From NCBI GenBank assembly GCA_038087875.1, contig JAXLNO010000469.1, forward strand, positions 1 through 64,000: a DNA stretch of 64,000 nt, in the 5' to 3' direction. This stretch comes from Malacoraja senta (Eukaryota). A model generated the notes under the pieces. That model was not told the origin of the DNA, searched no databases, and saw nothing but the letters and a program-made list of their open reading frames with translations. How positions within the stretch are numbered: the first letter of the stretch is position 1; the number at the start of each line of letters is the position of its first letter. Shown here piece by piece: positions 25,624 to 38,392 of the stretch. The position numbers and the translations under genes were made by a program.

Positions 25624-28556
25624 TATGGTTGGGGGGAGGGACTCAAATTGGGAAAGCTAGCAGTCAGTGTGGGAGGCAGGATGCAGAGAATGGAAGCACA
25701 CTGACCCAAAATGTAGGGGAGAGAGAAGAAAAAGACAATAAACAGAGAATAAGAGAGGGTGGGTTTCTGGAATGTGTATATTTTAATGCTAGGTGCATTG
25801 TAAGAAAGGTGGATGAACTTAAAGCCTGGATTGACACCTGGAAGTATGATGTTGTGGCGATCAGTGAAACATGGTTGCAGGAGGGCTGTGATTGGAAACT
25901 AAATATTCCAGGATTTCGTTGCTTCAGGTGTGATAGAATTGGAGGGGCAAGAGGTGGAGGTGTTGCATTGCTTATCAGGGAAGATATTGCAGCAGTGCTT
26001 TGGCAGGATAGATTAGAGGGCTCTTCTAGGGAGGCTATTTGGGTGGAACTGAGAAATGGGAAAGGGGTAGCAACACTCATAGGGGTGTATTATAGACCGC
26101 CAAATGGGGAGCGAGAATTGGAAGAGCAAATATGTAAGGAGATTGCAGATATTAGTAGTAAGCACAAGGTAGTGATTGTGGGAGATTTCAATTTTCCACA
26201 CATAGACTGGGAAACACATTCTGTAAATGGGCTGGATGTGTTTGAGTTTGTAAAATGTGTGCAGGATAGTTTTTTGCAGCAATACATAGAAGTACCTACT
26301 AGAGAAGGGGCGGTGCTGGACCTCCTGTTAGGAAATGAGACGGGTCAGGTGGCAGAGGTATGCGTTGGGGAACAGTTCGGGACCAGTGATCACAATACAA
26401 TTAGTTTCAATATAATTATGGAGAGGGTCAGAACTGGACCTAGGGTTGAGATTTTTGATTGGAGAAAGGCTAACTTTGACGAGATGCGAAAGGATTTAAA
26501 AGGAGTAAATTGGGACAGTTTGTGGAAGAGAAATGGAGAAATGGAGGACATTTAAAGGTGAAATTTTAAGAGTACAAAATCTTTATGTCCCTGTTCGGTT
26601 GAAAGGAAATAGTAAAAATTGGAAAGAGCCATGGGTTTCAAGGGAAATTGGACAGTTCGGAAAAAGAGAGAGATCTACAATAATTATAGGCAGCATGGAG
26701 TAAATGAGGTGCTTGAGGAGTATAAAAATGTAAAAAGAGTCTTAAGAAAGAAATTAGAAAAGCTAAAAGAAGATATGAGGTTGCTTTGGCAAATAAGGTG
26801 AAAGTAAATCCAAATGGTTTCTACAGCTATATTAATAGCAAAAGGATAACGAGGGATAAAATTGGTCCATTAGAGAGTCACAGTGGACAGGTATCTGTAG
26901 AGCCAAAAGAGATGGGGGAGATATTGAACAATTTCTTTTCTTCGGTATTCACCAAGGAGAAGGATATTGAATTATGTGAGGTAAGGGAAACAAGTAGAGT
27001 AGCTATGGAAACTATGAGATTCAAAGAAGAGGAAGTACTGACACTTTTGAGAAATATAAAAGTGGATAAGTCTCCAGGTCCGGACAGGATATTCCCTAGG
27101 ACATTGAGGGAAGTTAGTGTAGAAATAGCAGGGGCTATGACAGAAATATTTCAAATGTCATTGGAAACGGCAATAGTGCCGGAGGATTGGCGCACTGCGC
27201 ATGTTGTTCCATTGTTTAAAAAGGGGTCTAAGAGTAAACCTAGCAATAATAGACCTGTTAGTTTGACGTCAGTGGTGGGCAAATTAATGGAAAGGATACT
27301 TAGAGATAATATATATAAGCATCTGGATAAACAGGGGCTGATTAGGAACAGTCAACATGGATTTGTGCCTGGAAGGTCATGTTTGACTAATCTTCTTGAA
27401 TTTTTTGAAGAGGTTACTCGGGAAATTGATGAGGGTAAAGCCGTGGATGTTGTATATATGGACTTCAGTAAGGCCTTTGACAAGGTTCGTCACGGAAGGT
27501 TGGTTAAGAAGGTTCAATGGTTGGGTATTAATGGTGGAGTAGCAAGATGGATTCAACAGTGGCTGAATGGGAGATGCCAGAGAGTAATGGTGGATGGTTG
27601 TTTGTCGGGTTGGAGGTCAGTGACTAGTGGGGTGCCACAGGGATCTGTGTTGGGTCCACTGTTGTTTGTCATGTACATCAATGATCTGGATGATGGTGTG
27701 GTAAATTGGATTAGTAAGTATGCAGATGATACTAAGATAGGTGGGGCTGTGGATAATGAAGTAGATTTTCAAAGTCTACAGAGAGATGTATGCCGGTTGG
27801 AAGAGTGGGCTGAAAGATGGCAGATGGAGTTTAATGCTGATAAGTGTGAGGTGCTACATCTTGGCAGGACAATCAAAATAGGACGTACATGGTAAATGGT
27901 AGGGAATTGAAGAATGTAGGTGAGAGGGATCTTGGAATAACTGTGCACAGTTCCCTGAAAGTGGAATCTCATTTAGATAGGGTGGTAAAGAAAGCTTTTG
28001 GTGTGCTGGCTTTTATAAATCAGAGCATTGAGTATAGAAGTTGGGATGTAATGTTAAAATTGTACAAGGCATTGGTGAGGCCAATGCTGGAGTATGGTAT
28101 ACAATTTTGGTCGCCTAATTATAGGAAGGATGTCAACAAAATAGAGAGAGTACAGAGGAGATTTACTAGAATGTTGCCTGGGTTTCAACAACTAAGTTAC
28201 AGAGAAAGGTTGAACAAGTTAGGGCTTTATTCTTTGGAGCGCAGAAGGTTAAGGGGGGACTTGATAGAGGTCTTTAAAATGATGAGAGGGATAGACAGTG
28301 TTGACGTGGATAAGCTTTTCCCATTGAGAGTAGGGAAGATTCAAACAAGGGGACATGATTTGAGAATTAAGGGACAGAAGTTTAGGGGTAACATGAGGGG
28401 GAACATCTTTACTCAGAGAGTGGTGGCTGTGGAATGAGCTTCCAGTGAAGGTGGTGGAGGCAGGTTCGTTTTTTGTCATTTAAAAATAAATTGGATAGTT
28501 ATATGGACGGGAAAGAAATGGAGGGTTATGGTCTGAGCGCAGGTATATGGGACTAG
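25614..28556 (+). pseudogene. CR1 ORF2: APE endonuclease plus reverse transcriptase, frameshifted
   Basis: ORF pieces 25629-26555, 26786-27895 and 27889-28437 carry the endonuclease, RT (YMDFSKAFDKV, YADD) and C-terminal motifs; terminal TAG at 28554-28556; no in-frame ATG before the endonuclease. Confidence 0.93.
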
Positions 28557-28643
28557 GGGAGAATACGTGTTCGGCACGGACTAGAAGGGTCGAGATGGCC
28601 TGTTTCCGTGCTGTCATTGTTATCTGTTATATGTTATATATAT

Positions 28644-31600
28644 GAAATATGGCCACTTCACCGGATTTGTGGCGACCTTGCCGGATTTGAGGCGACCTTG
28701 CCGGAAATATGGCGACCTCGCCGGATTTGTGGCGACCTTGGCGGAATTGTGGCGACCTTGCCGGAAATATGGCGATCACGCCGGGTTTGTGGCGACCTTG
28801 CCGGATTTATGGCGACCTTGCCGGATTTATGGCGACCCTGCTGGGAATATGGCGACCTCGCTGGATTTGTGGCGACCCTGCCGGATTTATGGCTACCTCG
28901 CCGGCTTTATGGCGACTTTGCCGCATTTGTGGCGACATTGCCGAATTTATGGCGACATTGAAGGAAATATGGCTACCTTGCTGGATTTGTGGCGACCTTG
29001 CCGGAAATATGGCGACCTTGCCGGAAGTATGGTCACCTGGCCTTATTTATGGCAACCTTGCCGGAAATATGACGACCTTGCCGGAAATATGGCGACCTTG
29101 TCGGATTTGTGGCGACCTTGCCGGATTTATGGCGACCTCGCCGTAAATATAGCGACCTTGCCGGATTTGTGGCGACCTTGCCGGATTTATGGCGACCTTG
29201 CGAAAATATGGCGACCTTGCCGGATTTGTGGCGACCTTGCCGGAAATATTGCGACCTTGCTTGAAATATGGGGTCCTTGCCGGATTTGTGGCGACCTTGC
29301 CGGATTTATGGCGCCCTTGCCGGAAATATGGCGACCTTGCCAGATTTATGGCGACCTTGCCGGAAATATTACGACCTTGCTGGAAATATGGGGACCTTGC
29401 CGTATTTGTGGCTACCTTGCCGGATTTATGGCGACTTTGTCGGAAATATGGCGACATTGCCGGATTTGTGGCGACCTTGCCGGATTTATGACGACTTTGC
29501 CGGTTTGTGGCGACCTTGCCGGAAATATGGCGACCTCGCCGGATTTGTGGCGACCTTGCCGGATTTATGGCGACCTTGCCGGAAATATGGCGACCTCGCC
29601 GGATTTGTGGCGACCTTGCCGGATTTATGGCGACCTTGCCGGAAATATGGCGACCTTGCCGGATTTGTGGCGACCTTGCCGGAAATATTGCGACCTTGCT
29701 GGAAATATGGGGACCTTGCCGGATTTGTGGCGACCTTGCCGGAAATATTGCGACCTTGCCGGAAATATAGCGATCTTGCCGGATTTGTTGCGACCTTGCC
29801 GGATTTATGGTGAACTTGTCTGAAATATGGCGACCTTGCCGGATTTGTGGCGACCTTGCCGGAAATATTGCGACCTTGCTGGAAATATGGGGACCTTGCC
29901 GTATTTGTGGCGACCTTGCCGGATTTATGGCGACATTGCCTGAAATATGGCGACCTCGCCGGAGTTGTGGCGACCTTGCCGGAATTGTGGCGACATTGCC
30001 GGAAATATGGCGATCTCGCCGGATTTGTGGCGACCTTGCCGGATTTATGGCGACCTTGCCGGATTTATGGCGATCTTGCCGGGAATATGGCGACCTCGCT
30101 GGATTTGTGGCGACCTTGCCGGATTTATGGCGACTTTGCCGGAAATATGGCGACATTGCCGGATTTGAGGCGACCATGCCGGATTTATGACGACGTTGCC
30201 AGAAATATTGCGACCTTGCCGGAAATATTGCCACCTTGCTGGAAATATGGGGACCTTGCCGTATTTGTGGCTACCTTCCCGGATTTATGGCGACTTTGCC
30301 GGAAATATGGCGACATTGCCGGATTTGTGGCGACCTTGCCGGATTTATGACGACCTTGCCGGGTTTATGGCGCCCTTGCCGGAAATATGGCGACCTCGCC
30401 GGATTTGTGGCGACCTTGCCGGATTTATGGGGCCCTTGCCATAAATATGGCGACCTCGCCGGATTTATGGCGACCTTGCTGGATTTATGGCGACCTTGTC
30501 GGAAATATGGCGACCTTGCCGGATTTGTGGCGACCTTGCCGGAAATATTGCGACCTTGCTGGATTTATGGCGATCTTGCCGGGAATATGGCGACCTCGCT
30601 GGTTTTGTGGCGACCTTGCCGGATTTATTGCGACTTTGCCGGAAATATGGCGACATTGCCGGATTTGAGGCGACCTTGCCGGATTTATGACGACCTTGCC
30701 CGAAATATTGCGACCTTGCCGGAAATATTGCGACCTTGCTGGAAATATGGGGACCTTGCCCTATTTGTGGCTACCTTCCCGGATTTATGGCGACTTTGCC
30801 GGAAATATGGCGACATTGCCGGATTTGTGGCGACCTTGCCGGATTTATGACGACCTTGCCGGATTTGTGGGGCCCTTGCCGGAAATATGGCGACCTCGCC
30901 GGATTTGTGGCGACCTTGCCGGATTTATGGGGACCTTGCCGGAATTATGGCGACCTTGCTGGATTTGTGGCAACCTTGCCGGAAATATTGCGACCTTGCT
31001 GGAAATATGGGGACATTGCCGGATTTGCGGCGACCTTGGTGGAAATTTGGCGACCTTGTCGGAAATATAGCGACCTTGCCGGATTTGTGGCGACCTTGCT
31101 GGATTTATGGCGACCTTGTCGGAAATATGGCGACCTTGCCGGATTTGTGGCGACCTTGCCGGAAATATTGCGACCTTGCTGGATTTATGGCGATCTTGCC
31201 GGGAATATGGCGACCTCGCTGGTTTTGTGGCGACCTTGCCGGATTTATTGCGACTTTGCCGGAAATATGGCGACATTGCCGGATTTGAGGCGACCTTGCC
31301 GGATTTATGACGACCTTGCCCGAAATATTGCGACCTTGCCGGAAATATTGCGACCTTGCTGGAAATATGGGGACCTTGCCCTATTTGTGGCTTCCTTCCC
31401 GGATTTATGGCGACTTTGCCGGAAATATGGCGACATTGCCGGATTTGTGGCGACCTTGCCGGATTTATGACGACCTTGCCGGATTTGTGGCGCCCTTGCC
31501 GGAAATATGGCGACCTCGCCGGATTTGTGGCGACCTTGCCGGATTTATGGGGACCTTGCCATAAATATGGCGACCTCGCCGGATTTGTGGCGACTTTGCC

Positions 31601-34600
31601 GGATTTATGGCGACCTTGCCGGAAATACGGCGACCTTGCTGGATTTGTGGCAACCTTGCCGGAAATATTGCGACCTTGCTGGAAATATGGGGACATTGCC
31701 GGATTTGTGGCGACCTTGCTGGAAATTTGGCGACCTTGTCGGAAATATAGCGACCTTGCCGGATTTGTGGCGACCTTGCTGGATTTTTGGCGACCTTGTC
31801 GGAAATATGGCGACCTTGCCGGATGTGTGGCGACCTTGCCGGAAATATTGCGACCTTGCTGGAAATATGGGGACCTTGCCGTATTTGTGGCGACCTTGCC
31901 GGATTTATGGCGACTTTGCCGGAAATATGGCGACATTGCCGGACTTGAGGCGACCTTGCCGTATTTATGACGACCATGCCGGATGTATGTCGACCTTGCC
32001 TGAAATATGGCGACCTTGCCGAATTTGTGGCGACCTTGCCGGATTTATAGTGACCTTGCCGGATTTGTGGCGACCTTGCCGGAAATATGGCGACCTCGCC
32101 GGATTTCTGGCGACCTTGCCGGATTTCTGGCGACCTTGCCGGAAATATGGCGACCTCGCCGGATTTGTGGCGACCTAGCCGGATTTATGGCGACCTTGCC
32201 GGAAATATGGCGACTTCGCCGGATTTGTGGCGACCTTGCCGGATTTGTGGCAACCTTGCGGGAATTATGGCGATTTCGCCGGATTTGTGTCGACCTTGCC
32301 GGATTTATGGCGACCTTGCCGGAAATATGGCGACCGCGCTGGATTTGTGGCGACCTTTCCGGATTTATGGCGACCATGTCGGAAATATGGCGACCTTGCC
32401 GGATTTGTGGCGACATTGCCGGAAATATGGCGACCTCGCCGTAAATATAGCGACCTTGCCGGATTTGTGGCGACCTTGCCGGATTTATGGCGACCTTGCC
32501 GCAAATATGGCGACCTTGCCGGATTTGTGGCGACCTTGCCGGAAATATTGCGACCTTGCTTGAAATATGGGGTCCTTGCCGGATTTGTGGCGACCTTGCC
32601 GGATTTATGGCGACCTTGCCGGAAATATGGCGACCGTGCCAGATTTGTGGCGACCTTGCCGGAAATATTGCGACCTTGCTGGAAATATGGGGACCTTGCC
32701 GTATTTGTGGCTACCTTGCCGGATTTATGGCGACTTTGTCGGAAATATGGCGACATTGCCGGATTTGTGGCGACCTTGCCGGATTTATGACGACTTTGCC
32801 GGTTTGTGGCGACCTTGCCGGAAATATGGCGACCTCGCCGGATTTGTGGCGACCTTGCCGGATTTATGGCGACCTTGCCGGAAATATGGCGACCTCGCCG
32901 GATTTGTGGCGACCTTGCCGGATTTATGGCGACCTTGCCGGAAATATGGCGACCTTGCCGGATTTGTGGCGACCTTGCCGGAAATATTGCGACCTTGCTG
33001 GAAATATGGGGACCTTGCCGGATTTGTGGCGACCTTGCCGGAAATATTGCGACCTTGCCGGAAATATAGCGATCTTGCCGGATTTGTTGCGACCTTGCCG
33101 GATTTATGGTGAACTTGTCGGAAATATGGCGACCTTGCCGGATTTGTGGCGACCTTGCCGGAAATATTGCGACCTTGCTGGAAATATGGGGACCTTGCCG
33201 TATTTGTGGCGACCTTGCCGGATTTATGGCGACATTGCCTGAAATATGGCGACCTCGCCGGAGTTGTGGCGACCTTGCCGGAATTGTGGCGACATTGCCG
33301 GAAATATGGCGATCTCGCCGGATTTGTGGCGACCTTGCCGGATTTATGGCGACCTTGCCGGATTTATGGCGATCTTGCCGGGAATATGGCGACCTCGCTG
33401 GATTTGTGGCGACCTTGCCGGATTTATGGCGACTTTGCCGGAAATATGGCGACATTGCCGGATTTGAGGCGACCATGCTGGATTTATGACGACCTTGCCA
33501 GAAATATTGCGACCTTGCCGGAAATATTGCGACCTTGCTGGAAATATGGGGACCTTGCCGTATTTGTGGCTACCTTCCCGGATTTATGGCGACTTTGCCG
33601 GAAATATGGCGACATTGCCGGATTTGTGGCGACCTTGCCGGATTTATGACGACCTTGCCGGATTTATGGCGCCCTTGCCGGAAATATGGCGACCTCGCCG
33701 GATTTGTGGCGACCTTGCCGGATTTATGGGGCCCTTGCCATAAATATGGCGACCTCGCCGGATTTGTGGCGACTTTGCCGGATTTATGGCGACTTTGCCG
33801 GAATTATGGCGACCTTGCTGGATTTGTGGCAACCTTGCCGGAAATATTGCGACCTTGCTGGAAATATGGGGACATTGCCGGATTTGTGGCGACCTTGGTG
33901 GAAATTTGGCGACCTTGTCGGAAATATAGCGACCTTGCCGGATTTGTGGCGACCTTGCTGGATTTATGGCGACCTTGTCGGAAATATGGCGACCTTGCCG
34001 GATTTGTGGCGACCTTGCCGGAAATATTGCGACCTTGCTGGATTTATGGCGATCTTGCCGGGAATATGGCGACCTCGCTGGTTTTGTGGCGACCTTGTCG
34101 GATTTATTGCGACTTTGCCGGAAATATGGCGACATTGCCGGATTTGAGGCGACCTTGCCGGATTTATGACGACCTTGCCGGAAATATTGCGACCTTGCCG
34201 GAAATATTGCGACCTTGCTGGAAATATGGGGACCTTGCCGTATTTGTGGCTACCTTCCCGGATTTACGGCGACTTTGCCGGAAATATGGCGACATTGCCG
34301 GATTTGTGGCGACCTTGCCGGATTTATGACGACCTTGCCGGATTTGTGGCGCCCTTGCCGGAAATATGGCGACCTCGCCGGATTTGTGGCGACCTTGCCG
34401 GATTTATGGGGACCTTGCCATAAATATGGCGACCTCGCCGGATTTGTGGCGACTTTGCCGGATTTATGGCGACCTTGCCGGAAATACGGCGACCTTGCTG
34501 GATTTGTGGCAACCTTGCCAGAAATATTGCGACCTTGCTGGAAATATGGGGACATTGCCGGATTTGTGGCGACCTTGCTGGAAATTTGGCGACCTTGTCG

Positions 34601-37289
34601 GAAATATAGCGACCTTGCCGGATTTGTGGCGACCTTGCTGGATTTTTGGCGACCTTGTCGGAAATATGGCGACCTTGCCGGATGTGTGGCGACCTTGCCG
34701 GAAATATTGCGACCTTGCTGGAAATATGGGGACCTTGCCGTATTTGTGGCGACCTTGCCGGATTTATGGCGACTTTGCCGGAAATATGGCGACATTGCCG
34801 GACTTGAGGCGACCTTGCCGTATTTATGACGACCATGCCGGATGTATGTCGACCTTGCCTGAAATATGGCGACCTTGCCGAATTTGTGGCGACCTTGCCG
34901 GATTTATAGTGACCTTGCCGGATTTGTGGCGACCTTGCCGGAAATATGGCGACCTCGCCGGATTTCTGGCGACCTTGCCGGATTTCTGGCGACCTTGCCG
35001 GAAATATGGCGACCTCGCCGGATTTGTGGCGACCTAGCCGGATTTATGGCGACCTTGCCGGAAATATGGCGACTTCGCCGGATTTGTGGCGACCTTGCCG
35101 GATTTGTGGCAACCTTGCGGGAATTATGGCGATTTCGCCGGATTTGTGTCGACCTTGCCGGATTTATGGCGACCTTGCCGGAAATATGGCGACCGCGCTG
35201 GATTTGTGGCGACCTTGCCGGATTTGTGGCGATCTTGCAGGAAATATGGCGACATCGCCGGATTTATGGCGACCTTGCCGGAATTGTGGCGACCTTGCGG
35301 GAAATATGGCGATTTCGCGGGATTTGTGGCGACCTTTGCCGGATTTATGGCGACCTTGCCGGAAATATGGCGACTTCGCCGGATTTGTGGCGACCTTGCC
35401 GGATTTGTGGCAACCTTGCGGGAATTATGGCGATTTCGCGGGATTTGTGTCGACCTTGCCGGATTTATGGCGACCTTGCCGGAAATATGGCGACCGCGCT
35501 GGATTTGTGGCGACATTGCCGGATTTATGGCGACCTTGCCGGAAATATGGCGACCTCGTCGGATTTGTGGCGACCTAGCCGGATTTATGGCAACCTTGCC
35601 GGAAATATATCGACTTCGCTGGATTTGTGGCGACCTTGCCGGATTTGTGGCGATCTTGCAGGAAATATGGCGACATCGCCGGATTTATGGCGACCTTGCC
35701 GGAATTGTGGCGACCTTGCGGGAAATATGGCGATTTCGCGGGATTTGTGGCGACCTTGCCGGAAATATGGCGACCTCGCTGGATTTGTGGCTACCTTCCC
35801 GGATTTATGGCGACTTTGCGGGAAATATGGCGACATTGCCGGATTTGTGGCGACCTTGCCGGATTTATGACGACCTTGCCGGATATGTGGCGCCCTTGCC
35901 GGAAATATGGCGACCTCGCCGGATTTGTGGCGACCTTGCCGGATTTATGGGGACCTTTCCATAAATATGGCGACCTCGCCGGATTTGTGGCGACTTTGCC
36001 GGATTTATGGCGACCTTGCCGGAAATATGGCGACCTTGCTGGATTTGTGGCAACCTTGCCGGAAATATTGCGACCTTGCTGGAAATATGGGGACATTGCC
36101 GGACTTGTGGCGACCTTGCTGGAAATTTGGCGACCTTGTCGGAAATATAGCGACCTTGCCGGATTTGTGGCGACCTTGCTGGATTTATGGCGACCTTGTC
36201 GGAAATATGGCGACATTGCCGGATTTGTGGCGACCTTGCCGGAAATATTGCGACCTTGCTGGAAATATGGGGACCTTGCCGTATTTGTGGCGACCTTGCC
36301 GGATTTATGGCGACTTTGCCGGAAATATGGCGACATTGCCGGACTTGAGGCGACCTTGCCGTATTTATGACGACCTTGCCGGATGTATGTCGACCTTGCC
36401 TGAAATATGGCGACCTTGCCGAATTTGTGGCGACCTTGCCGGATTTATAGTGACCGTGCCGGATTTGTGGCGACCTTGCCGGAAATATGGCGACCTCGCC
36501 GGATTTCTGGCGACCTTGCCGGATTTCTGGCGACCTCGACGGAAATATGGCGAACTCGCCGGATTTATGGCGACCATGCCGGATTTGTGGCGACCTTGCC
36601 GGAAATATGGCGACCTCGCCGGATTTGTGGCGACATTGCCGGATTTATGGCGACCTTGCCGGAAATATGGCGACCTCGCCGGATTTGTGGCGACCTAGCC
36701 GGATTTATGGCGACCTTGCCGGAAATATGGCGACTTCGCCGGATTTGTGGCGACCTTGCCGGATATGTGGCAACCTTGCGGGAATTATGGCGATTTCGCG
36801 GGATTTGTGGCGACCTTGCCGGATTTATGGCGACCTTGCCGGAAATATGGCGACCGCGCTGGATTTGTGGCGACATTGCCGGATTTATGGCGACCTTGCC
36901 GGAAATATGGCGACCTCGTCGGATTTGTGTTGACCTAGCCGGATTTATGGCGACCTTGCCGGAAATATATCGACTTCGCTGGATTTGTGGCGACCTTGCC
37001 GGATTTGTGGCGACCTTGCGCGAAATATGGCGACATCGCCGGATTTATGGCGACCTTGCCGGAATTGTGGCGACCTTGCGGGAAATATGGCGATTTCGCG
37101 GGATTTGTGGCGACCTTGCCGGATTTATGGCTACCTGGCCTGATTTGTGGCGACCTTGCCGGATTTGTGGCGATCTTGCCGAATTTATGGCGACATTGAC
37201 GGAAATATGGCGACCTTGCGGGATTTGTGGCGACCTTGCCGGATTTATTGCGGCCTTGCCGGAAATATGGTGACCTTGCCGGAAATATG
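28644..37289. repeat. 20-bp satellite, block 5
   Basis: Same monomer; near-identical internal duplications at offsets of about 620, 1541, 2859 and 3299 bp. Confidence 0.97.
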
Positions 37290-38392
37290 TAGACCCAATC
37301 TACATGAGATTCCTCCTTCAGGGAACTATGCACAGTTATTCCTAGATCCCTCTGTTCAACTGCATTCCTCAATTCGCTACCATTTACCATGCACGTCCTA
37401 TTTTGATTTGTCCTGCCAAGATGTCGCACCTCACACTTATCAGCATTAAACTCAATCTGCCATCTTTCAGCACACTCTCCCAAATGGCCTAAATCTCTCT
37501 GTAGACTTTGAAAATCTACTTCATTTTCCACACCACCACCTTTCTTAGTATCATCTGCATACTTACTAATCCAATTTACCAAACCATCAACCAGATCATT
37601 GGTGTATATGACAAACAACAGTGGACCCAACACAGATCCATGAGGCACCCCACTAGTCACCGGCCTCCAACCTAACAAACAGCCATCCACCTCTGGCATC
37701 TCCCATTCAGCAACTGTTGAATCCATCTTGCTATTCCACCATTAATACTCAACAATTGAACCTTCCTAACCAACCTTCCATGTGGAACCTTGTCAAAGGC
37801 CATACTGAAGTCCATATAGACAACATCCACCGCTTTACCCTCACCAATTTCCCTAGTAACCTCTTCAAATATTCAAGAAGATTAGTCAAACATGACCTTC
37901 CAGGCACAAATCCATGTTGACTGTTCCTAATCAGACCCTGTTTATCCAGATGCTTATATATATTATCTCTAATTATCCTTTCCATTAATTTGCCCACCAC
38001 TGATGTCAATCTAACAGGTCTATAATTGCCAGGTTTACTCTTAGAACCCTTTTTAAACAATGGAACAACATGCGCAGTACGCCTATTCTCCGGCACCATT
38101 CTCGTTTCTAATGACATTGGAAATATTTATGTCATAGCCCCTGCTATTTCTAAACTAACTTCCCTCAATATCCTAGGGAATATCCTGTCAGGACCTGGAG
38201 ACTTATCCACTTTTATATGTTTCATAAGTGTCTGTACTTCCGCTTATTTGAATCTAATAGTTTCCATAGCTACTCTACTTGTTTCCCTTACATCACATAA
38301 CTCAATATCATTCTCCTTGGTGAATACCGAAGAAAAGAAATTGTTCAATATCTCCCCCATCTCTTTTGGCTTTGCAGATAGCTGTCCACTCT
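37290..38392 (-). mobile_element. CR1 family B internal RT fragment, inverted, lacking its 3' end
   Basis: Minus-strand ORFs with QHGFVPGRSCLTNL, SGVPHGSVLGP and YADD; colinear with the reverse complement of about 18960-20060. Confidence 0.94.

Larger units (their letters stand above)
24448..28643 (+). mobile_element. Full-length or near full-length CR1 LINE (family B), about 4.2 kb, mutationally disrupted
   Basis: 5' UTR, ORF1, ORF2 and a (TGTTATA)n-like tail; possible GAAA target duplication (24444-24447, 28644-28647); the satellite variant order continues across the insertion. Confidence 0.96.

Noticed and set aside
1..37289. Hundreds of overlapping ORFs with MATLPDLWRPCRKYGDLAGF repeats, up to 482 aa
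   Set aside because: The 20-bp consensus has no stop codon, so all frames give the same permuted peptide; indels are not frame-preserving and there is no gene structure.
1..37289. CRISPR array or other prokaryotic repeat system
   Set aside because: Repeats abut with no unique spacers, there are no cas genes, and the context is vertebrate LINEs and SINEs. The RTs are CR1 and DIRS types, not retron, DGR or group II intron RTs.
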